DNA from: an uncultured Verrucomicrobiae bacterium
GTDB lineage: Bacteria; Verrucomicrobiota; Verrucomicrobiia; Limisphaerales; JAHDYP01
DNA length: 64,000 bases
Assembly: GCA_963765535.1 (NCBI GenBank)
Contig: CAVXWU010000014.1
Span: 199,963 to 263,962, forward strand
Direction: 5' to 3'
The position numbers were made by a program, and so were the translations under genes. The notes under the pieces are model-generated. The model did no database searches. It was not told the origin of the DNA and saw only the letters and a list, made by a program, of their open reading frames with translations. This document shows, piece after piece, positions 7,183-17,741 of the stretch. The stretch's first letter is position 1, and every line of letters begins with the position of its first letter.

Positions 7183-10104
7183 CTAGAGCACTTTCCGCAA
7201 GAACCTCCCGGTGTGGCTCGCCTCCGACTTCGCGATCATCTCGGGCGAACCCTCGGCCACAATTTGTCCCCCGGCGGTGCCGCCCTCCGGTCCCAGATCG
7301 ATAATCCAATCGGCCGTTTTGATAACCTCAAGGTTGTGTTCGATCACCAGAAGGGTGTTGCCCGCGGCGCGCAGTTTAAAGAGCACTTCCAATAGTTTGG
7401 CCACATCATGAAAATGGAGCCCGGTGGTGGGTTCATCCAGGATGTAAAGGGTGTGACCGGTGTACTTTCGGCTCAGCTCCGCCGCCAATTTAATCCGTTG
7501 CGCCTCGCCGCCACTCAAAGTCGTGGCTTGTTGTCCCAGGCCAATGTAGCCCAACCCGACTTCAGCCAAAGTGAGACACGGATCGTGAATCTGCGATATC
7601 GCTCGGAAAAAAGTACTCGCTTCGTCGACGGTCATCTTGAGCACGTCGGCAATGTTCATTCCCTTGTAGGCAATCTCCAACGTCTCACGATTGTACCGTT
7701 TGCCCCCGCAGGCCTCGCAGACAACGTAAACCGGTGGCAGGAAATGCATCTCGATCCGGATCAAGCCGTCGCCCCGGCATTTCTCGCAACGCCCCCCCTT
7801 CACGTTGAAGCTGAACCGGCCCGCGTCGTAACCCCGAATCCGTGCGGCGGGAAGGCGCGCGAAAAGATCGCGGATATGGTTGAACATCCCGGTATACGTG
7901 GCCGGATTGCTGCGGGGTGTCCGTCCAATGGGCGATTGGTCGATGACAATCACCTTGTCGAGATGTTCGAGTCCCTCGATCGCGCGGTGTTGTCCCGGAC
8001 GTTCTTTCGAGCCATAAATCCGTCGAAACAAGGCTCGCCGCAAGATATCGTCGACCAACGTGCTTTTCCCGGAACCGCTGACACCCGTGACACAGGTCAA
8101 TGTCCCGATCGGCACCCGCGCATCGATGTTCTTCAGATTGTTTTCCTGCGCTCCCAGGACTTCGAGCCAACCGCGTCCCAGCGTCGGCTTGATGCGTTTC
8201 TTCGGCACCGGAATCGAAAGGTCCCCCCGCAAATAACTTGCAGTGAGCGAACGCGAGCTCTCGAGGACTTGCGGCAGCGTCCCCGCAGCCACAATCTCCC
8301 CGCCATGAACCCCCGCGCCGGGGCCCAGATCAAGGATGTAATCTGCCCGCCGAATCGTTTCCTCATCGTGTTCGACCACCACGACTGAATTCCCTGCGTC
8401 GCGAAGGCCCTCCAACGTTCGCAAGAGCCGTTCGTTGTCCCGTTGATGCAACCCAATGCTCGGCTCATCCAGAATATAGAGCACTCCTACCAAACCGGCG
8501 CCGATCTGGGTGGCCAATCGGATTCGTTGCGCTTCCCCACCGCTCAGGGTCCCACTCTCCCGATTCAAAGTGAGATAACCCAGGCCGACATCGCGCAGGA
8601 AATGGAGCCGGGATTGGATCTCCCGGATGAGTTCGCCTGCAATCGCCCGCCGAAACTCGTTCAATTCCAGACCGGCAAAAAATCCGGCAGCCTCCTCGAT
8701 CGACAACGCGCAGACATCCATGATCGAGTAACCTGGCACCTTTGGAGTGGCCTGGTCTCCCGCTTGGCCTTTTGAAGAAGGACCCTGAGGCGGCCCTTCG
8801 CCCAGCGTTACTGCCAGGATCTCCGGCTTTAATCGACGGCCCGCGCAGGCATCGCACAGTTGGGGGCTCATGAGACCCTTCAGCCGGTTCCGCGTGAATT
8901 CACTTTCGCTCTCCTGGTAAAGCCGCTGCAGATTCGGAACCACTCCTTCGAATGGCCGGACCACCCGACTCTGTTTTCCCGCCCGCCAGAAATGGAACTC
9001 AATCTCTTCGCTGCCGCTGCCCCACATGAGCACGCGCTGGAACTCCGCCGGAAGCGATTGATACGGCGCCTCGAGGTTCTGGCCATAATGTTGCGCCACA
9101 GCTTTGAGCATGCTGCGGTAATAAACCACCATGCGCTTGCCACCACGTCGCCAGGCCGTGATCGCACCCTGCTCCAGGGATTTCGCCGGATCCGGCACGA
9201 TCAAGCCTTCGTCAAAAATGAGCTTTTGCCCCAGGCCATGACAGACGGGGCAGGCGCCAAATGGCGCATTAAATGAAAAGTGCTTCGGGGTAAGCGGTTC
9301 GTAACTCCTTCCCGTTTCCTGGCTGTATAACCGGTTGGAATGCCGTTCCTCGATCCACTTGCCGGGATCCTCGCCCGCACCCAGGCGCAGGGTGATTATC
9401 TGGCCCCCGCCCCACTTCAGCGCAGTCTCCACGGAATCACTCAGCCGCATTCGGATTGCCTCATCCAGTACCAGTCGATCCACCACCGCCTCAATCGTGT
9501 GCGCCGCTTTGGGATCTAACTGCACGCGCAGGTTGGCCGATAACTCCACGAAATGACCGTCCACCCGCGCCCGGACAAAACCCTCCCGACCCAAGCGCTC
9601 GATCACATCGCGGAATTCCCCCTTTTCTCCCTGGACCACCGGTGCGAGCAGAATCAGGCGTGACTTGGATGGGAAGCCCAGGAGTTGGTCCACAATCTGG
9701 CTGGTAGTGCGCTGGGTAATCGGCGCCCCGGTCAGAGGGCAATGGGGCTGGCCGACATGGCAAAAGAGCAACCGCAAGTAATCATAAATCTCGGTGGTCG
9801 TCGCAATGGTCGATCGAGGATTGGCCCCGGAACTCCGCTGCTCGATCGCGATCGCCGGCGACAGCCCCTCAATATAATCCACCTCCGGCTTCTGCAGCTG
9901 ATCCAGGAATTGCCGGGCATAGGCCGATAGCGACTCAACATACTTTCGCTGCCCTTCCGCGAATATCGTGTCGAAGGCCAGCGATGACTTTCCCGAACCG
10001 CTCAACCCGGTGATCACCACCAGCTTGTCCCGCGGTATATCCAGCGTGAGATTTTTTAGATTGTGCTCACGCGCCCCGCCGATTTTGATGAATTCCTTCG
10101 CCAC
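7183..10104 (-). CDS. uvrA: Excinuclease ABC subunit A
   Basis: 973 aa. Two ABC modules are present ([10 protein letters not shown] and [10 protein letters not shown]; LSGGEAQRI twice), with CxxC zinc modules. The overall architecture is that of UvrA. Confidence 0.97.
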   Translation of the reverse strand: MAKEFIKIGGAREHNLKNLTLDIPRDKLVVITGLSGSGKSSLAFDTIFAEGQRKYVESLSAYARQFLDQLQKPEVDYIEGLSPAIAIEQRSSGANPRSTIATTTEIYDYLRLLFCHVGQPHCPLTGAPITQRTTSQIVDQLLGFPSKSRLILLAPVVQGEKGEFRDVIERLGREGFVRARVDGHFVELSANLRVQLDPKAAHTIEAVVDRLVLDEAIRMRLSDSVETALKWGGGQIITLRLGAGEDPGKWIEERHSNRLYSQETGRSYEPLTPKHFSFNAPFGACPVCHGLGQKLIFDEGLIVPDPAKSLEQGAITAWRRGGKRMVVYYRSMLKAVAQHYGQNLEAPYQSLPAEFQRVLMWGSGSEEIEFHFWRAGKQSRVVRPFEGVVPNLQRLYQESESEFTRNRLKGLMSPQLCDACAGRRLKPEILAVTLGEGPPQGPSSKGQAGDQATPKVPGYSIMDVCALSIEEAAGFFAGLELNEFRRAIAGELIREIQSRLHFLRDVGLGYLTLNRESGTLSGGEAQRIRLATQIGAGLVGVLYILDEPSIGLHQRDNERLLRTLEGLRDAGNSVVVVEHDEETIRRADYILDLGPGAGVHGGEIVAAGTLPQVLESSRSLTASYLRGDLSIPVPKKRIKPTLGRGWLEVLGAQENNLKNIDARVPIGTLTCVTGVSGSGKSTLVDDILRRALFRRIYGSKERPGQHRAIEGLEHLDKVIVIDQSPIGRTPRSNPATYTGMFNHIRDLFARLPAARIRGYDAGRFSFNVKGGRCEKCRGDGLIRIEMHFLPPVYVVCEACGGKRYNRETLEIAYKGMNIADVLKMTVDEASTFFRAISQIHDPCLTLAEVGLGYIGLGQQATTLSGGEAQRIKLAAELSRKYTGHTLYILDEPTTGLHFHDVAKLLEVLFKLRAAGNTLLVIEHNLEVIKTADWIIDLGPEGGTAGGQIVAEGSPEMIAKSEASHTGRFLRKVL

Positions 10105-10260
10105 AAACTGCTCTCAGGCCACACCGGCCCGAATGCACACACTACCCAACACCCTCCGGAAAAGCAAAGGAACCACGCTCCTCTTTCGCAAATCCTTCCA
10201 TCGGGGAACTTACGCCTCCCACGGGGAGCAGGACGGGCACCCATAGCGCCGCTCTCGCCC

Positions 10261-10818
10261 CTACTTCACCAGCCGCTGCAATTCCTTGAACCCGGGCGCT
10301 CCCGCCTTCTCCATGAGCTCAAACAAAATCATTTCCGTCGTTACCAGGATGGCGCCTGCCGCTCGCATGCGATCAATCCCCGCGGCGCAATTCTCGATCG
10401 TCCGTGATGTAATCGCATCGCGAACCACGAACACGCGCATCCCCGCATCCAGGAGGTCCAGGCAAGTCTGGGTTACACACACGTGAGCCTCAATGCCGCA
10501 CAGCACGACCTCGGTGACTGACCGGGAAATGACTCCCTCCATCAAACCCGAAGCAGTGTATGCACTGAAGGTCAGCTTTTCCAGTGGCCGCACCTCGCCC
10601 AGTAACTCCCGCACTTCGGGCACCGTCGGTCCGAGACCTTTTGGATATTGCTCGGTTACCCAAAAAGGCAGCCTCATTAAGGCTGCCCCGAGGATCAACC
10701 GACGCGCGTTGGCCACAACCCGCTCGCGCTCGTTCATCGCCGGCAACAACCGCTCCTGCAGATCCACAGCCAACAACCCTGTCCGCGCCCGCACAATCCG
10801 GCCGGGTTTGAATTCCAT
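10261..10818 (-). CDS. Isochorismatase-family (cysteine) hydrolase
   Basis: 185 aa. The catalytic Cys context LCGIEAHVCVTQTCLDLL is present, and the length and layout fit the family. Confidence 0.8.
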   Translation of the reverse strand: MEFKPGRIVRARTGLLAVDLQERLLPAMNERERVVANARRLILGAALMRLPFWVTEQYPKGLGPTVPEVRELLGEVRPLEKLTFSAYTASGLMEGVISRSVTEVVLCGIEAHVCVTQTCLDLLDAGMRVFVVRDAITSRTIENCAAGIDRMRAAGAILVTTEMILFELMEKAGAPGFKELQRLVK

Positions 10819-10851
10819 CGGCCGGGATGATGACGCTGCCGGTTTTATGCG

Positions 10852-11109
10852 TCAATCCCCAGGAGCCGCCACCGTGTCTTTGAGGCGTTTGAACACCAAT
10901 CGAAAGAACTCACGGTACTCGGATTCGCTCCCCACCGCGCTGAAGTTGCTGCTCACCATCTCCCATCCTTGCTCTCCCAGGGCGTTGCTGAAGACGGTCA
11001 CGTCGCTCCCTGTCTTCCAGTTCTTGATCTCCTCTCCGTCTTCAAAGGCGGGATACCATTGGTCAAAATGGTTGATGCACTCCACGAACTTATATTCCCA
11101 CTTCTTCAT
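10852..11109 (-). CDS. DUF4177-like small protein
   Basis: Inner start MKKWEYKFVE..., about 85 aa. The WEYK N-terminus and the GWEMVS segment are characteristic of DUF4177 (from memory). Confidence 0.5.
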   Translation of the reverse strand: MKKWEYKFVECINHFDQWYPAFEDGEEIKNWKTGSDVTVFSNALGEQGWEMVSSNFSAVGSESEYREFFRLVFKRLKDTVAAPGD

Positions 11110-11218
11110 GGCTGCTCCTTCCGGTTGAAATAGCGCCGCCACGAACGATATACCCGCAATCCGCCCTCACCACAATGCCGCAAATTCCCGCGTGAGGAAC
11201 TCGGGGCAGCTCGCTCCA

Positions 11219-11242
11219 AGTGTATTATAGAACTAGAACACT
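11219..11242. promoter_or_regulatory. AT-rich box AGTGTATTATAGAACTAGAACACT; candidate operator or promoter of the second GntR-ABC operon
   Basis: Inverted ends AGTGT...ACACT. It shares the 9-mer AGTGTATTA with the box upstream of the paralogous GntR gene (reverse strand of 6873-6881). It lies about 100 nt upstream of ATG 11342. Confidence 0.4.
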
Positions 11243-11341
11243 CGAGGCTCATGAAACGGATGCCTATCGCCAACCACCCCCGGAACGGTCGCCCGGCCGC
11301 TGCCCCCGGTCCCTCAAACCGGAGTCTTCCCTGCAATCCCC

Positions 11342-11737
11342 ATGGAGATCCGACTTTCGACCACCGACGGTCTGCCGGTTTATCGGCAGATCATGAATCA
11401 AATCAAGTACCTCATTGCTTCAGGCCGCCTTCGATGCGGTCAGGAACTCCCCGCCATCCGGTCCCTGGCAGAGCGACTGGTGATCAATCCCAACACCGTT
11501 GTCCACGCCTACGCCGAATTGTCCCGGGAGGGTGTGGTGGTCTCGCGACATGGTTCCGGCACTTACGTTGCCGATCAGCAGTTTCCCAGGCCATCGGCCC
11601 GCACCGTGGCACAAAAACTCGCACCCAAGACGGATTCGCTCCTGACCGACGCACTGCACCTCAATGTCGGATTGGACGATGTCGTCGGCTTGGTGCGAGA
11701 ACGGCATGATCTCCTCAAACCCAAATATTCATCATGA
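11342..11737 (+). CDS. GntR-family transcriptional regulator, YtrA-like
   Basis: 131 aa: PVYRQIMNQIKYLIASGRLRCGQELPAIRSLAERLVINPNTVVHAYAELSREGVV. Paralog of 6465..6848. Confidence 0.85.
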   Translation: MEIRLSTTDGLPVYRQIMNQIKYLIASGRLRCGQELPAIRSLAERLVINPNTVVHAYAELSREGVVVSRHGSGTYVADQQFPRPSARTVAQKLAPKTDSLLTDALHLNVGLDDVVGLVRERHDLLKPKYSS

Positions 11738-12630
11738 ATACCTCCGACGACACGGTCATTAAACTGGAACATGTCTTCCGTCGCTATGGCGCGAAGGTCG
11801 CCCTGAACGACATCACCTTCAGCATTCCGCGGGGCGGTGTGCTCGGTCTGGTGGGCGCCAATGGGGCGGGCAAGACCACGTTGATCCGGCACGTCCTGGG
11901 CCTGCTGCGGGCTCAGGAAGGCCAAGTTCAGGTCTTTGGACTGAACCCGGTCACCCAGCAGGTGGAAGTCCTGCGTCGTGTGGGTTACCTCTCTGAAGAC
12001 CGGGATCTTCCACCCTGGATCACGGTCGGAGAATTGTTGCGCTACAGCCGGGCTCTCTACCCAAACTGGGATCCGGTTTACGCCGAGCAGCTTCGCGAAC
12101 AGTTCCAACTACCCGCTTCCGCCCGAGTCCGCACCCTCTCGAAAGGCGAACTCGCCAAAGCCGGCCTGTTGGTTGCCCTCGCCCACCGACCGGAACTGCT
12201 GGTCCTCGACGAGCCCAGTTCGGGGCTCGATCCGCTGGTTCGACGCGAACTCCTCGAGGCCATCGTTCGCGCGGTCGGCGAGGAAGGACGCACCGTCCTG
12301 TTTTCATCGCATCTCCTGGACGAAGTCGCCCGCGTCTCGGACCGCGTCGCCATGTTGAATGCCGGACGCCTGGTCCTCCACGGCGAACTAGACGTAATCA
12401 TGGAATCCCACCGGCGCGTGATCATTCGCCTTGGTCATTCTTCTCCTCCGCCCATTCTCCCCGGCGCCCTGTCGGTCTGCGGCGGCCCGGAGGAGTGGAC
12501 CGCCATCTGCAACGGTTCCCCGACGCCATTCCGACGCGCCCTCGCCGAGGTTCAGGGCGAGGTGGTGGATGAGACTGGAGCCACCTTCGAGGAGATCTTT
12601 CACGCCCACGCCCACTCCGACGCCGCCTAA
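11734..12630 (+). CDS. ABC transporter ATP-binding protein (paralog of 5533..6468)
   Basis: Walker A GANGAGKTT, signature LSKGEL, Walker B LLVLDEPSSGLD, SSHLLDEVARVSD. Its start overlaps the GntR stop by 4 nt. Confidence 0.9.
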   Translation: MNTSDDTVIKLEHVFRRYGAKVALNDITFSIPRGGVLGLVGANGAGKTTLIRHVLGLLRAQEGQVQVFGLNPVTQQVEVLRRVGYLSEDRDLPPWITVGELLRYSRALYPNWDPVYAEQLREQFQLPASARVRTLSKGELAKAGLLVALAHRPELLVLDEPSSGLDPLVRRELLEAIVRAVGEEGRTVLFSSHLLDEVARVSDRVAMLNAGRLVLHGELDVIMESHRRVIIRLGHSSPPPILPGALSVCGGPEEWTAICNGSPTPFRRALAEVQGEVVDETGATFEEIFHAHAHSDAA

Positions 12631-12650
12631 ACCGATCCTCTCCCCGCACT

Positions 12651-14240
12651 ATGAAGACTGCGTTCCACGTCGTCATTTGGGAAATCCTCTGGAAAAACCG
12701 GCTCGTCCTCGCCGCGCTGATCATTCTGTTTGGACTCGGCGGAAGTCTGGCACTCGCCGCTGCAAACGCCGCGCCCGATGTCGCCTGGCTTCCGGGCGCG
12801 CGCAGGATCGCCATCGTTTCATTCCTGGCCTCGATGTTCCTTGGGTTCGCCCCGTTCAGTCTGATGGAAACGCACGGCGGTTGGCGCGGGAACACCATGA
12901 TCACCCGCTGGTTCGTCCTGCCTGTGCGCACCGTGTGGCTCGTCTTTCTACCACTGGTGGCTGCCTCGCTGTTCATTGCGATCCTGGTGAAAGCATGGAT
13001 GCCCGTCCTGAGCCGCATTGCACCGGGTTTGGATGGCCTCCATTTCACCTGCGTCCTTATCTTCGGCATTATCGCGATTCACACTCTGGCCTGGACGGTG
13101 CCCCGCAAAGCCAGCCAATTCTGGACCGGCGCCGCGATACTCCTCCCGGTGGTGCTCATCCTGGCCCTCGCGCCCCAGGATCAGGACCTCCGCCAGCGCC
13201 GTGGCCTGCTCATTCCCCTCGGCTACCTTGCGCTTGTGCTCGTGACCTTCGCGGGCTATGCCGCCCGGCGCAATCGTTGCGGTGATTGGCCCGGTGAATT
13301 CCCTTTCGACCGGCTTTGGCAGTTCCTGCGACAGGGCGGAGCGGCCAACATCCGCCGACGGGACTTCCGGTCGAGCACCACCGCGTTATTCTGGTCCGAT
13401 AGCCTGCCTTCCCTGCGGTTGATGGCGATCGGCTGGTTCTCCACGGGCTTGGTCTTCTTCCTCTATTTCAGCCTGGTCATGCGGAACGAACGTCCGGAGT
13501 TCGCCTTCACCCTCAGACTCCTTGCGTTTGTGGTCATCGATCTACTCGCTGTGCTTGGGATCCTTTGGCTCGCCATCTGGGGGATGTTCAGCGGGTGCGA
13601 ACCTTCGTCCGGATTTCGCACTCGCCTCTCCAGTTTCCGTGCTGCGCTGCCAGTCACCAGTGGCACCCTGGCCGGACATAGACTCGTCAGTCTCTTTCTC
13701 GGATGGTGTCTGGTCTGGGTGCCGTCCCTGCTCCTTGGCACCTGGTATGATCCCGAGATCAATGGGACCGTGTCGCCGGAGGTCGTCACTCGCCTGCACC
13801 TGATGCAGGCTCGCTTCATGTCCGTCAGCGCCTATCTCATGGTCGGCGCGCTCCCGCTCCTCTTGTGGGGGCGGATTCAAGGATTCCCTAACCTGCTTCT
13901 GACCTCCATCTGCAGTTGGGCCATGCTCTGGATTCTGCTCACGAATCTGAGCCCCGAGGGCGCCCCCGGACGGCTTTGGATCCTCCTTTCCATGCTCCTG
14001 GCCGCCAAACTCATTACTGCGGCGGTGGGTCTCGCCTTAAGCCTCCGTTCAGGACATGTCTCGTGGCGATATCCCGTGCTGCTTGCCGTGACCTGGGCCA
14101 CGATCACTGCTTTTCTGGTCTGGGGCCTGCCGACGTGGCAGCACGACGGACCCTACGCCGCCGGAATCCTGATCCTTTGTATGCCGTTGGCGAGGCTTGC
14201 CTGGTGCCCCTTTGCGATCGCCGCTAACCGCCAACATTGA
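12651..14240 (+). CDS. Large polytopic membrane protein (putative ABC-2-type permease), paralog of 3845..5536
   Basis: 529 aa and highly hydrophobic. It sits in the same position as its paralog and shares sequence blocks with it. Confidence 0.7.
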   Translation: MKTAFHVVIWEILWKNRLVLAALIILFGLGGSLALAAANAAPDVAWLPGARRIAIVSFLASMFLGFAPFSLMETHGGWRGNTMITRWFVLPVRTVWLVFLPLVAASLFIAILVKAWMPVLSRIAPGLDGLHFTCVLIFGIIAIHTLAWTVPRKASQFWTGAAILLPVVLILALAPQDQDLRQRRGLLIPLGYLALVLVTFAGYAARRNRCGDWPGEFPFDRLWQFLRQGGAANIRRRDFRSSTTALFWSDSLPSLRLMAIGWFSTGLVFFLYFSLVMRNERPEFAFTLRLLAFVVIDLLAVLGILWLAIWGMFSGCEPSSGFRTRLSSFRAALPVTSGTLAGHRLVSLFLGWCLVWVPSLLLGTWYDPEINGTVSPEVVTRLHLMQARFMSVSAYLMVGALPLLLWGRIQGFPNLLLTSICSWAMLWILLTNLSPEGAPGRLWILLSMLLAAKLITAAVGLALSLRSGHVSWRYPVLLAVTWATITAFLVWGLPTWQHDGPYAAGILILCMPLARLAWCPFAIAANRQH

Positions 14241-14254
14241 TCCCAAGTCAACCT

Positions 14255-16156
14255 ATGAATTCCACTCTCCTCGTCATCCTGCTGACGAACCTCGGAGCCG
14301 GTTCGACCGTCGCCCCAACCCATGAACCGACACCGGAGGCCACCCAGGTCGTCGCGCGGCATCTCGAGGCGACCGGTGGTATCGCCGCCATCGAAGCCGC
14401 GCCCTCGGTCACCATCTCCGGTACGCTTACGATGGATGGCCTGCCTTCCCCGTTCACTCTCCAAATCAAATCACCGGAATGCGCCCGCTTCGTCTGTGTA
14501 ATTGCGGATCGCAAGACCATTCAAGCCAGGGATGCCCACGCCCGATTCTGGCAGCAGGATGCCGGCGGCGTTCACGACCTCAAATCCAGCCAGACCCGCG
14601 AGCTCATGGAATGGGTCCTCGCGCTCTCCCCCACCGGGCAGGCCAGACTCGGTGAGCGACTCGTCGATGCCCTCTGCGAACGAACGATGGAGCATGGCCG
14701 GTCCAGCATTACCTTGGGCCGCAATGAGCCTCCCGGTCCCCTTCCCGCTCTCACGTTCGATGACGCCACCGGATTGTTGGTCCGAATCGGCCATTGCAGA
14801 CTCCTTGATTATCGTCCGGCAGGTCCCCTGAAGATGCCGCACCGAATCCTCTGCGAATCCAAGACCGAGCTCCTCATTCATTCGATCGGTTTCAACGATA
14901 TCCCGAGCGCGACGTTCGAACGTCCCAGTCCCCGAGGCGGATGGCTGTCTTATCTGGCGCCAGGGCTCGGATCGCCCGCGCCCCAGCTTCACACCTTGCG
15001 CTCCAGTCCGGGCACATTGGAAATCGTCCGTCGTCCGCCACCCACCCGCATTGATCGCGGACGGCTTACTCGTATGGCCGCGTATGATCGCGATTCAGGT
15101 GCAAACTGGCAGATCGATCTCCGCGGGGCGGATCTGACCCGTCTGAACCTCGGCGGCAGATTATCGGATCTGCTCCACGCCGATTTCGATTCGAATACTC
15201 GCTGGCCCGCCAAGTTGCCGGTCGGCTTCAATCCCAACCAGGTCCTCCGTATGGGTCAGGATCCCGGGCTGGGTGTCCGGGCACTCCACGTTCGCGGCAT
15301 CACGGGCAAGAATGTCGGCATCGGAATCATCGACCAAACGCTCTTAGTGGACCACGGCGAATATGCGGGCCAGCTCCGGCTCTATGAAGAAATCCACAGC
15401 CCGGCCGGGGCGGCGGCTCAAATGCATGGACCCGCGGTCGCTTCGATTGCCGTGGGTCGAACATGCGGTGTCGCCCCCGCCGCCGATCTCTATTACATCG
15501 CCCAACAGCACGGAACTTTTGTGCCCGGTCAGGAGTTCGAATGGGACTTTACCTCGCTCGCCCAATCCATTGATCGGCTTCTCGATCTGAACAAGACCCT
15601 GCCGGACGGCCGCAGGATCCGCGTGATTTCCATTTCCGTTGGCTGGACCAAGGACCAAAAAGGCTATTCCGAAACGATGGCTGCCGTCCAACGCGCCTCC
15701 GACGAAGGCGTCTTCGTCATTTCCACTTCGCTGGGCCAGACTCACAACCTCGTTTTCGACGGCCTTGGCCGAGACGCCCTGGACGATCCCGATGTCCCTT
15801 CAAGCTATGGTCCCGGCACTTGGTGGGCCGCGCAATTCTGGAGCGGCCATAGGCGCTTCAAACCAGGTCGCCGCCTTTGCGTACCGATGGACAACCGGTC
15901 TACGGCCAGTCCCACCGGCCCGCATGACTATGTTCATTATGCCGGCGGCGGATGGAGCTGGTGCGTACCTTGGGTGGCCGGTCTCTATGCCCTCGCCTGC
16001 CAGGTCGACCCCGCGATTACCCCCGGCCGTTTCTGGGCCGAGGCCCTCAGCACCGGAACCACGATCACCGTCCACCGGGACGGCGAGGATGTCGAACTCG
16101 GGACGCTTGCCAACCCGGTCGCGCTGCTGGAACGTCTTTCCTCTTCACTCCAGTGA
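14255..16156 (+). CDS. Secreted subtilisin-like (S8) peptidase with an N-terminal accessory domain
   Basis: Signal peptide MNSTLLVILLTNLGAGS. Asp box GIGIIDQTLLVDH, His box HGPAVASIAVG, Ser box GGWSWCVPWVAG. A pentapeptide-like stretch is present (LRGADLTRLNLGG). The ORF opens at TTG 14237, overlapping the permease stop; ATG 14255 is preferred. Confidence 0.7.
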   Translation: MNSTLLVILLTNLGAGSTVAPTHEPTPEATQVVARHLEATGGIAAIEAAPSVTISGTLTMDGLPSPFTLQIKSPECARFVCVIADRKTIQARDAHARFWQQDAGGVHDLKSSQTRELMEWVLALSPTGQARLGERLVDALCERTMEHGRSSITLGRNEPPGPLPALTFDDATGLLVRIGHCRLLDYRPAGPLKMPHRILCESKTELLIHSIGFNDIPSATFERPSPRGGWLSYLAPGLGSPAPQLHTLRSSPGTLEIVRRPPPTRIDRGRLTRMAAYDRDSGANWQIDLRGADLTRLNLGGRLSDLLHADFDSNTRWPAKLPVGFNPNQVLRMGQDPGLGVRALHVRGITGKNVGIGIIDQTLLVDHGEYAGQLRLYEEIHSPAGAAAQMHGPAVASIAVGRTCGVAPAADLYYIAQQHGTFVPGQEFEWDFTSLAQSIDRLLDLNKTLPDGRRIRVISISVGWTKDQKGYSETMAAVQRASDEGVFVISTSLGQTHNLVFDGLGRDALDDPDVPSSYGPGTWWAAQFWSGHRRFKPGRRLCVPMDNRSTASPTGPHDYVHYAGGGWSWCVPWVAGLYALACQVDPAITPGRFWAEALSTGTTITVHRDGEDVELGTLANPVALLERLSSSLQ

Positions 16157-16240
16157 ACCGCCATACCGCCGGTATTTTCAGGCCCCGGAGGATCCTCCCA
16201 CAGGCAGCACCATCGACCACGACTGAAATCAAGAGCGCAA

Positions 16241-17741
16241 TCAGTACACTCGTCGGAGATGCGATGGGAGGATGTTAAGTTCGGAACGGTATTTCGCCAC
16301 CGTTCGTCGGGCGATCTTGATCCCCTTTGCCCCCAGCAGTTTCACGACTTCCTCGTCCGACAAGGGCTTGGTTGTGTCTTCTTTCTTGAATCATCTCAGC
16401 GATCATGTCCTTCACGCTTGTGTTGGAGACGTCCGCGCCGTTCATCGTTTGAATACCGGAGGTGAAGAAGTACTTCATCTCAAAAAGCCCCTGGGGTGTC
16501 TGCATGTATTTGCCGGAGACGGCGCGGCTGACCGTGGTTTCGTGCACGCCCACCACTTCGGCCACTTGGACCATCGTCAGCGGTTTCAGATAGGCTACAC
16601 CCTTCTCCATGAAATCCCGCTGCCGATGCACAATCTCCTTCGCAATGTTCATGATGGTCTGCTGGCGCTGATGCAGACTCTTGATCAAAAACTTTCCGGC
16701 GCGAATCTTTTCCCGAATGTATTCCCGCACCTCCGCTGAACTGTCCGACTGCGCCATCAAATCCTTGTAGACATTGCTGATCCTCAAGTGTGGCACATGG
16801 TCGTTACTTGTGGAGATCGTGAACTCCTCGCCCACCTGCGTCACGAAGACCTCCGGCACAATATACTGATTGTCATCCGGCATGAATGCCCGGCCCGGCC
16901 GCGGGTCAAGATGCGCAATCCGGCCCAAAGCGTCCTGAACGTCATCAATGCTCGCATCCAATTTGCGTGCGATCTCCGGAATGCGACGTTTGCCCAGGGC
17001 CTCCATGCAATCGCGCACGATGCGGTATTCCAGGGTTTCGAGTTTCGCCTGCCGCTCCAGTTGGAGCAACAGACATTCGCGCAAATCCCGGGCCCCAATC
17101 CCGGCCGGATGAAAGGTCTGGATCACCTTTAACACATTCAGGATCTGGTCCGCCGGGATGCTGGTCAGTGAGGACAATTCTTCGAGGCTGCTCTGCAAGT
17201 AGCCCCGATCGTCAATGTTCCCCACGATCAACTGCGCAATCTGGCGCTCTTCCTCGGTCAATTCCGAGAGCCGTATCTGCTCGATCAGGGTCTCTTGCAG
17301 TGAGGTGCTGGACACTAACGAGTCGAACATGAACTGCCGACGTTCCTCTTCATCCTCTCGCTGCCGCATTGGGATGTTGGTCTGGGAGAAATGATCCCGC
17401 CACTCCTGGTCCATTCTGGCCAATCGCTCGAACTCCGCCTGAAAATCATCTACGGGTTGGTTGGAAGGTTTCTCCTGTGCCGGATCATAGTTCAGGTCTG
17501 CCGGCGGTTCCGCGGGATCGGCCGCCAACTGTTCCTTGTCGACCTCGCCATCGTCCTTTTCGCGCTGTGTCAATTCCGGCACGGCCAATTCTTCGAGAAC
17601 GGGGTTCTGCTGAAGTTCCTGGGCGACCATGGCGCGGAGTTCCAGGACGGGCGCCTGCAGTAGGGCCAGGGACTGTTGCAACTGGGGCGCGAGCACCTGC
17701 GCCAGCGTCATCCTCTGCGATAGATGTAAACCTTGTGCCAT
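16241..17741 (-). CDS. rpoN: RNA polymerase sigma-54 factor, with an apparent frameshift near the 3' end (track ORF is 16275..17741)
   Basis: Gln/Leu-rich region I (LAQVLAPQLQQSLALLQ), an acidic linker, the core-binding region and an HTH (VHETTVSRAVSGKY). The RpoN box ARRTVAKYR is encoded in a different frame that ends at 16241. Confidence 0.9.

Noticed and set aside
10105-10260. The uvrA upstream region, searched for an SOS (LexA) box.
   Set aside because: No TGTTC-N4-GAACA-type or CTGT-N8-ACAG-type palindrome was seen, so no claim is made.
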